36,969 nucleotides of DNA, from positions 1 through 36,969 of the IMG/VR virus record IMGVR_UViG_3300005144_000044; one strand, written 5' to 3'. The DNA is from a virus (Duplodnaviria > Caudoviricetes). Every line of letters starts with the position of its first letter. The stretch's first letter is position 1. Positions 34,141 through 36,969 of this stretch are shown here, one piece after another. The position numbers and the translations under genes were made by a program. The notes below the pieces were generated by a model. The model was not told the origin of the DNA. It ran no database searches and saw only the letters and a program-made list of their open reading frames with translations.

Positions 34141-34305
34141 CCCACGGATCGCCGGTCGTCTCTTTCAACGTTGCCAACTAACGGTGTTGTTTCCGAATAG
34201 CCCCCGCTTCCGTGCGGTATGAAGTTGTCAAGGTGCTGGCGAGGGTGTCTGAAAAATTGCCCTCACTTAATAGCCACGAGATTCGTAAAACCGAACCCCC
34301 TTTTT
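34141..34305 (-). promoter_or_regulatory. Putative phage-sigma promoter and structured leader with boxB/boxA-like site
   Basis: GGGGGTTCGG..CGTGGCTATTAAGTGAGGG after sigma gene; GAGGG/CCCUC hairpin then GCACCUUGACAAC. Confidence 0.45.
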
Positions 34306-34306
34306 C

Positions 34307-34729
34307 TCAACTTTTTTCAAAATAGTTTTTGAGGCGTTTAAAGATTTTTTGCATCCGATTGCGAACAGCAGCTTCGTTGACACCATCCTCTGCGGCAACG
34401 CTGGCGATACTGCGTTCTTCAAAAAAGATTTTCTGAATAAGTTCTTGCTGTTGAGGCTGAAGTGAAAGGATAGCTACACGAAGTTTTTCAAGATCGGATT
34501 TCAGCTCAGCAATGGTTTCCTTCAGTTCAATTACTGCTGCGACATTGCTCTTGGGATCTGCAAAATGAACGCCCCGTTTACCAAGGCCTTCAATCGAATG
34601 ATGGCGGCGAGTTTCAGCGCGATCTTTGAGGTTGGACCTGTGCTCAATTTCGGAGATTTCTGCTCCCAGGCAGTCATCCACTTCGATTTCGATGATTTCT
34701 CCGGTTAAAAATGTGTACTTGATTTTCAC
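34307..34729 (-). CDS. Sigma-70 region-4 (sigma-like) transcription factor
   Basis: ETRRH.S, L...QQELI..IFFE..S...VA..DGV...AV..R HTH; GTG start. Confidence 0.82.
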   Translation of the reverse strand: MKIKYTFLTGEIIEIEVDDCLGAEISEIEHRSNLKDRAETRRHHSIEGLGKRGVHFADPKSNVAAVIELKETIAELKSDLEKLRVAILSLQPQQQELIQKIFFEERSIASVAAEDGVNEAAVRNRMQKIFKRLKNYFEKS

Positions 34730-34734
34730 TTGTT

Positions 34735-34815
34735 GGCTCCTTTCGGGAGCCGGACAAGTAGCCTCTAAGCAAAAAAGAACCTGACAATTAGCTTAATAAG
34801 CTACTTGTCAGGCTC
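34735..34815 (-). promoter_or_regulatory. Terminator / anti-SD RNA switch upstream of sigma gene
   Basis: 16-nt arm pairs with either of two downstream near-copies; SD lies in a separate hairpin. Confidence 0.7.
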
Positions 34816-34856
34816 GTATGTCGCATTCGCATCGTGCTCTGTACGAAGTATGGTGT

Positions 34857-35018
34857 TTAGTTTTTCTTGATTCCTAACTCGGTCTTACATTTCCAGCATT
34901 TGGTGTAAAAATCTGGAACCCAGTCTATTTGGTCTTGGATGACTCGGATTTCGGTCTTGACGTTCTTTTCTGCGTCGATCACTCGCCTGCCGCATTTTGG
35001 ACATTTCAGTTGTGTCAT
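34857..35018 (-). CDS. 53-aa zinc-ribbon protein (CPKC...CWKC; not in ORF track)
   Basis: MTQLKCPKCGRRVID...FYTKCWKCKTELGIKKN; GGGGGTG SD. Confidence 0.8.
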   Translation of the reverse strand: MTQLKCPKCGRRVIDAEKNVKTEIRVIQDQIDWVPDFYTKCWKCKTELGIKKN

Positions 35019-35067
35019 CTTAATTGTCACCCCCGATGATATGAAAGATGAATTTTTCTAGCAGTAG

Positions 35068-35099
35068 TTATCCACCTCGCTTTCCACATGTTATTCACA
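35068..35099 (+). promoter_or_regulatory. Three tandem DnaA-box-like 9-mers
   Basis: TTATCCACC, CTTTCCACA, TTATTCACA at 12 and 11 bp spacing. Confidence 0.55.
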
Positions 35100-35141
35100 A
35101 ATAAGCATATAAGAGTATGCAAAGCCAAAAAAGAATGTGAA

Positions 35142-35975
35142 TCACCAATCAAACAGGTCGTATGGGTTGGTATAGGTGAATTCCAATGGCACTTGCTTTG
35201 GCTCCTCTGGACGTTGACACAAGTATCCCAATCGATTCAAACGGATCTCCGCTGCTTTTTCAGATACCTGAAAGAGCGCTGCCATATGCCGGATCAGGCT
35301 TGCTGTTTTCGCCTGCACATATTTTTCACCGTACAGATCAAAGTGTATATTGGCGGATCCATTCATTTGACTGATGCAGTTCATCATACAGGTTCGAACG
35401 GCACCTGCTGGCATCAGCAATGCCGAAGCCAGATTATCGGCCTGCCATTCCTTCCATTCGCCTGGCGTTTTCAAACCCGATGATACTGCGCGACTTGATG
35501 CCGTTCGACACACAATCGCCACATTGGGGTCGTCTATCGCTGCGGGGATGTCGAGGGTTATCTGGTTGACATAGGTATGCTTTGTTGGCCGGTGAAGGAT
35601 CCAATGCGCACATTCATGGGCGATCGTGAACCGGGCTCGCCCCATCTTCCTGTCATTCAGCAAAGACCGGTCGATCATCGCCGTGCCAGCTTTGGCAGCA
35701 TAATACTTGGCAGTTCTATCATCAGGAAGATAGAGCGGGACAGAACAGTCCTGGAAAATCATCATGCCCAGAATCGATTCGTTGTTGGACAGATGTACGT
35801 AATCCAGCCGCACACCCAGGTGCTTTTCCGCCAGCAATTCAATGTTGATTGCTGGGGAATCGGCAGTTGCATGGGCAAGGAAGGAGCGGATGACATCATC
35901 TGCTATGGTTTCGATATCGGCGTGGCTTAGCACGGGGACATTGTTTTTACGCATTTTGTGATCAACGAGATTCAT
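35142..35975 (-). CDS. ImmA/IrrE family metallopeptidase (anti-repressor)
   Basis: RFTIAHECAH (HExxH), EWQAD..ASALLMP, F.VS..AA.IRL..LG. Confidence 0.9.
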   Translation of the reverse strand: MNLVDHKMRKNNVPVLSHADIETIADDVIRSFLAHATADSPAINIELLAEKHLGVRLDYVHLSNNESILGMMIFQDCSVPLYLPDDRTAKYYAAKAGTAMIDRSLLNDRKMGRARFTIAHECAHWILHRPTKHTYVNQITLDIPAAIDDPNVAIVCRTASSRAVSSGLKTPGEWKEWQADNLASALLMPAGAVRTCMMNCISQMNGSANIHFDLYGEKYVQAKTASLIRHMAALFQVSEKAAEIRLNRLGYLCQRPEEPKQVPLEFTYTNPYDLFDW

Positions 35976-36140
35976 AATGTCCGGTTCTCCCTTCGAAATA
36001 CGCAAATACGCATAAGAATGTAAAGTGTCAGGAATGTAAAAGAGCCTGGGGGAGTTGATGTCGCTTTATTGAATTGAAAACAGCTGGTTGCGGTCGAATG
36101 CTATGCGGGTAGCAAGCCGATTGAAAAGGGTTGGGTATTC

Positions 36141-36169
36141 AGAATAGAAGATCCAAAATTTTAATTCAA
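36141..36169 (-). promoter_or_regulatory. Sigma-A promoter for ImmA-like gene
   Basis: TTGAAT-N17-TATTCT. Confidence 0.55.
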
Positions 36170-36259
36170 GGACTTGACAGGTGGGTCTAGTAGGTTAAAA
36201 ATGACAACTCGGATTTTTCGTATCTCATGCACTCTCGAGGGTTCTGATGATAGGACAAC

Positions 36260-36694
36260 CTAATCCGATTGGCCTTTTTTCTTCATTTTCTCGACAAAAT
36301 CCAACCAATCCTGAACTGATGCGTTGGAGTCCTTCGCCGTACGCAAAGCGAGACGAACCGTGTCGGCTACGTTCGAGTTCATGATATATTCAGGAAGGTC
36401 AGGCGATACTTCTTTTCTGCCTTTGCCAGCGAGATCAAAGAACAATAGCCGATCCTGGCCCTTTAGATCCAGGGCATCTGCAATGAGCAGGAGTTTATCA
36501 TAAGGCGGTGGGTCCCTCCGACCATTCTCAACGTCTGAAATATAGGCGACCGTAACACCGATTTTGTCTGCCAATGCGCGTTGGACCATGAGCGCACTGC
36601 GTCTTTTTTGCAGGTAATCACCGAATGTCAGGTTTTCATCTATCATTGGGGGCTCCTTTGCCGTATATGCAGAGTAGCTTACAAGCGTATTCAT
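36260..36694 (-). CDS. XRE-family HTH repressor
   Basis: FGDYL..RR, LA.KIGVT.AYISDVENGRR.PP; adjacent to ImmA. Confidence 0.88.
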   Translation of the reverse strand: MNTLVSYSAYTAKEPPMIDENLTFGDYLQKRRSALMVQRALADKIGVTVAYISDVENGRRDPPPYDKLLLIADALDLKGQDRLLFFDLAGKGRKEVSPDLPEYIMNSNVADTVRLALRTAKDSNASVQDWLDFVEKMKKKGQSD

Positions 36695-36717
36695 GATATT
36701 TCCTCCTGCCTTTGACG

Positions 36718-36969
36718 TCAAGAGACATCGTCTTTCCCGTCACACCACCACTTACCATCTACTATGCCTTGATAGATCGGGACCTCCCGTCCTTGAATCC
36801 GGCAAGTGTATCGGATTCCTGCACCACCGCTTTTAGCCGGAGCAGGGCGGATGTCCAAAACACGATCGATCTCAAATTCACGCCCGTCTGGCCAAGTAAT
36901 TTGCTTTGGAGTCATTCTTCCAACTTCATCGATGGCGACAATTACTTTGACAAAAACGCGCTTGCTCAT
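36718..36969 (-). CDS. Conserved small protein, typically encoded just downstream of DinB/Y-family polymerase in Clostridia
   Basis: V.V....G...P..I.W.DGR.FEIDRVLD.R......GG.GIRYTC motif; the DinB association is from recall. Confidence 0.6.
   Translation of the reverse strand: MSKRVFVKVIVAIDEVGRMTPKQITWPDGREFEIDRVLDIRPAPAKSGGAGIRYTCRIQGREVPIYQGIVDGKWWCDGKDDVS

Larger units (their letters stand above)
1088..36969 (-). mobile_element. Prophage (siphovirus, HK97-like capsid); ends not defined
   Basis: Co-oriented regulation, replication, packaging, head, tail and lysis genes in canonical order. No integrase or att seen, so boundaries are approximate. Confidence 0.95.

Noticed and set aside
323-35930. 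Numerous plus-strand and alternate-frame ORFs (e.g. 7981-8718, 8681-9211, 27658-28167)
   Set aside because: Shadows of well-supported minus-strand genes; no recognisable motifs.
36174-36203. Plus-strand TTGACA promoter antisense to XRE
   Set aside because: No good -10 at 17-bp spacing and no downstream gene.
34730-36260. LexA (GAAC-N4-GTTC) boxes in the control region
   Set aside because: None found by eye; ImmA-type control does not require them.
1-36969. Integrase, att sites, tRNA, IS elements
   Set aside because: No recombinase or transposase motifs, cloverleaf or terminal repeats recognised within the window.

Overview
A ~36 kb segment of a temperate siphovirus-type prophage (HK97-like head, long non-contractile tail), probably of a Bacillota/Clostridia host. 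Essentially every real gene is on the minus strand. In transcription order (high to low coordinates) the modules are: regulation (conserved small protein, XRE repressor, ImmA/IrrE protease, an unannotated 53-aa zinc-finger protein, a sigma-70 region-4 protein); replication/recombination (SNF2 helicase, VRR-NUC, PD-(D/E)XK-AAA fusion, DUF669, family-B DNA polymerase, P4/D5 primase-helicase, origin-like region); late activator and a rhodanese-lipoprotein moron; packaging (HNH, TerS, ParB-methylase, HNH-AP2 endonuclease, small accessory genes, TerL carrying a Gln1 class-3 intein); head; tail (with a -1 frameshifted chaperone); lysis; and two lipoprotein genes separated by a holin remnant. No integrase or att site is visible. 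The most notable unexplained structure is a set of RNA-level control elements: a three-way terminator/anti-SD switch between the zinc-finger and sigma genes, terminators sharing a GAGC(C/U) 5' arm, a boxB/boxA-like leader, two tandem late promoters with different 10-bp-periodic operators, and DnaA-like boxes in the early control region. All family assignments are from motif recognition, not database searches.
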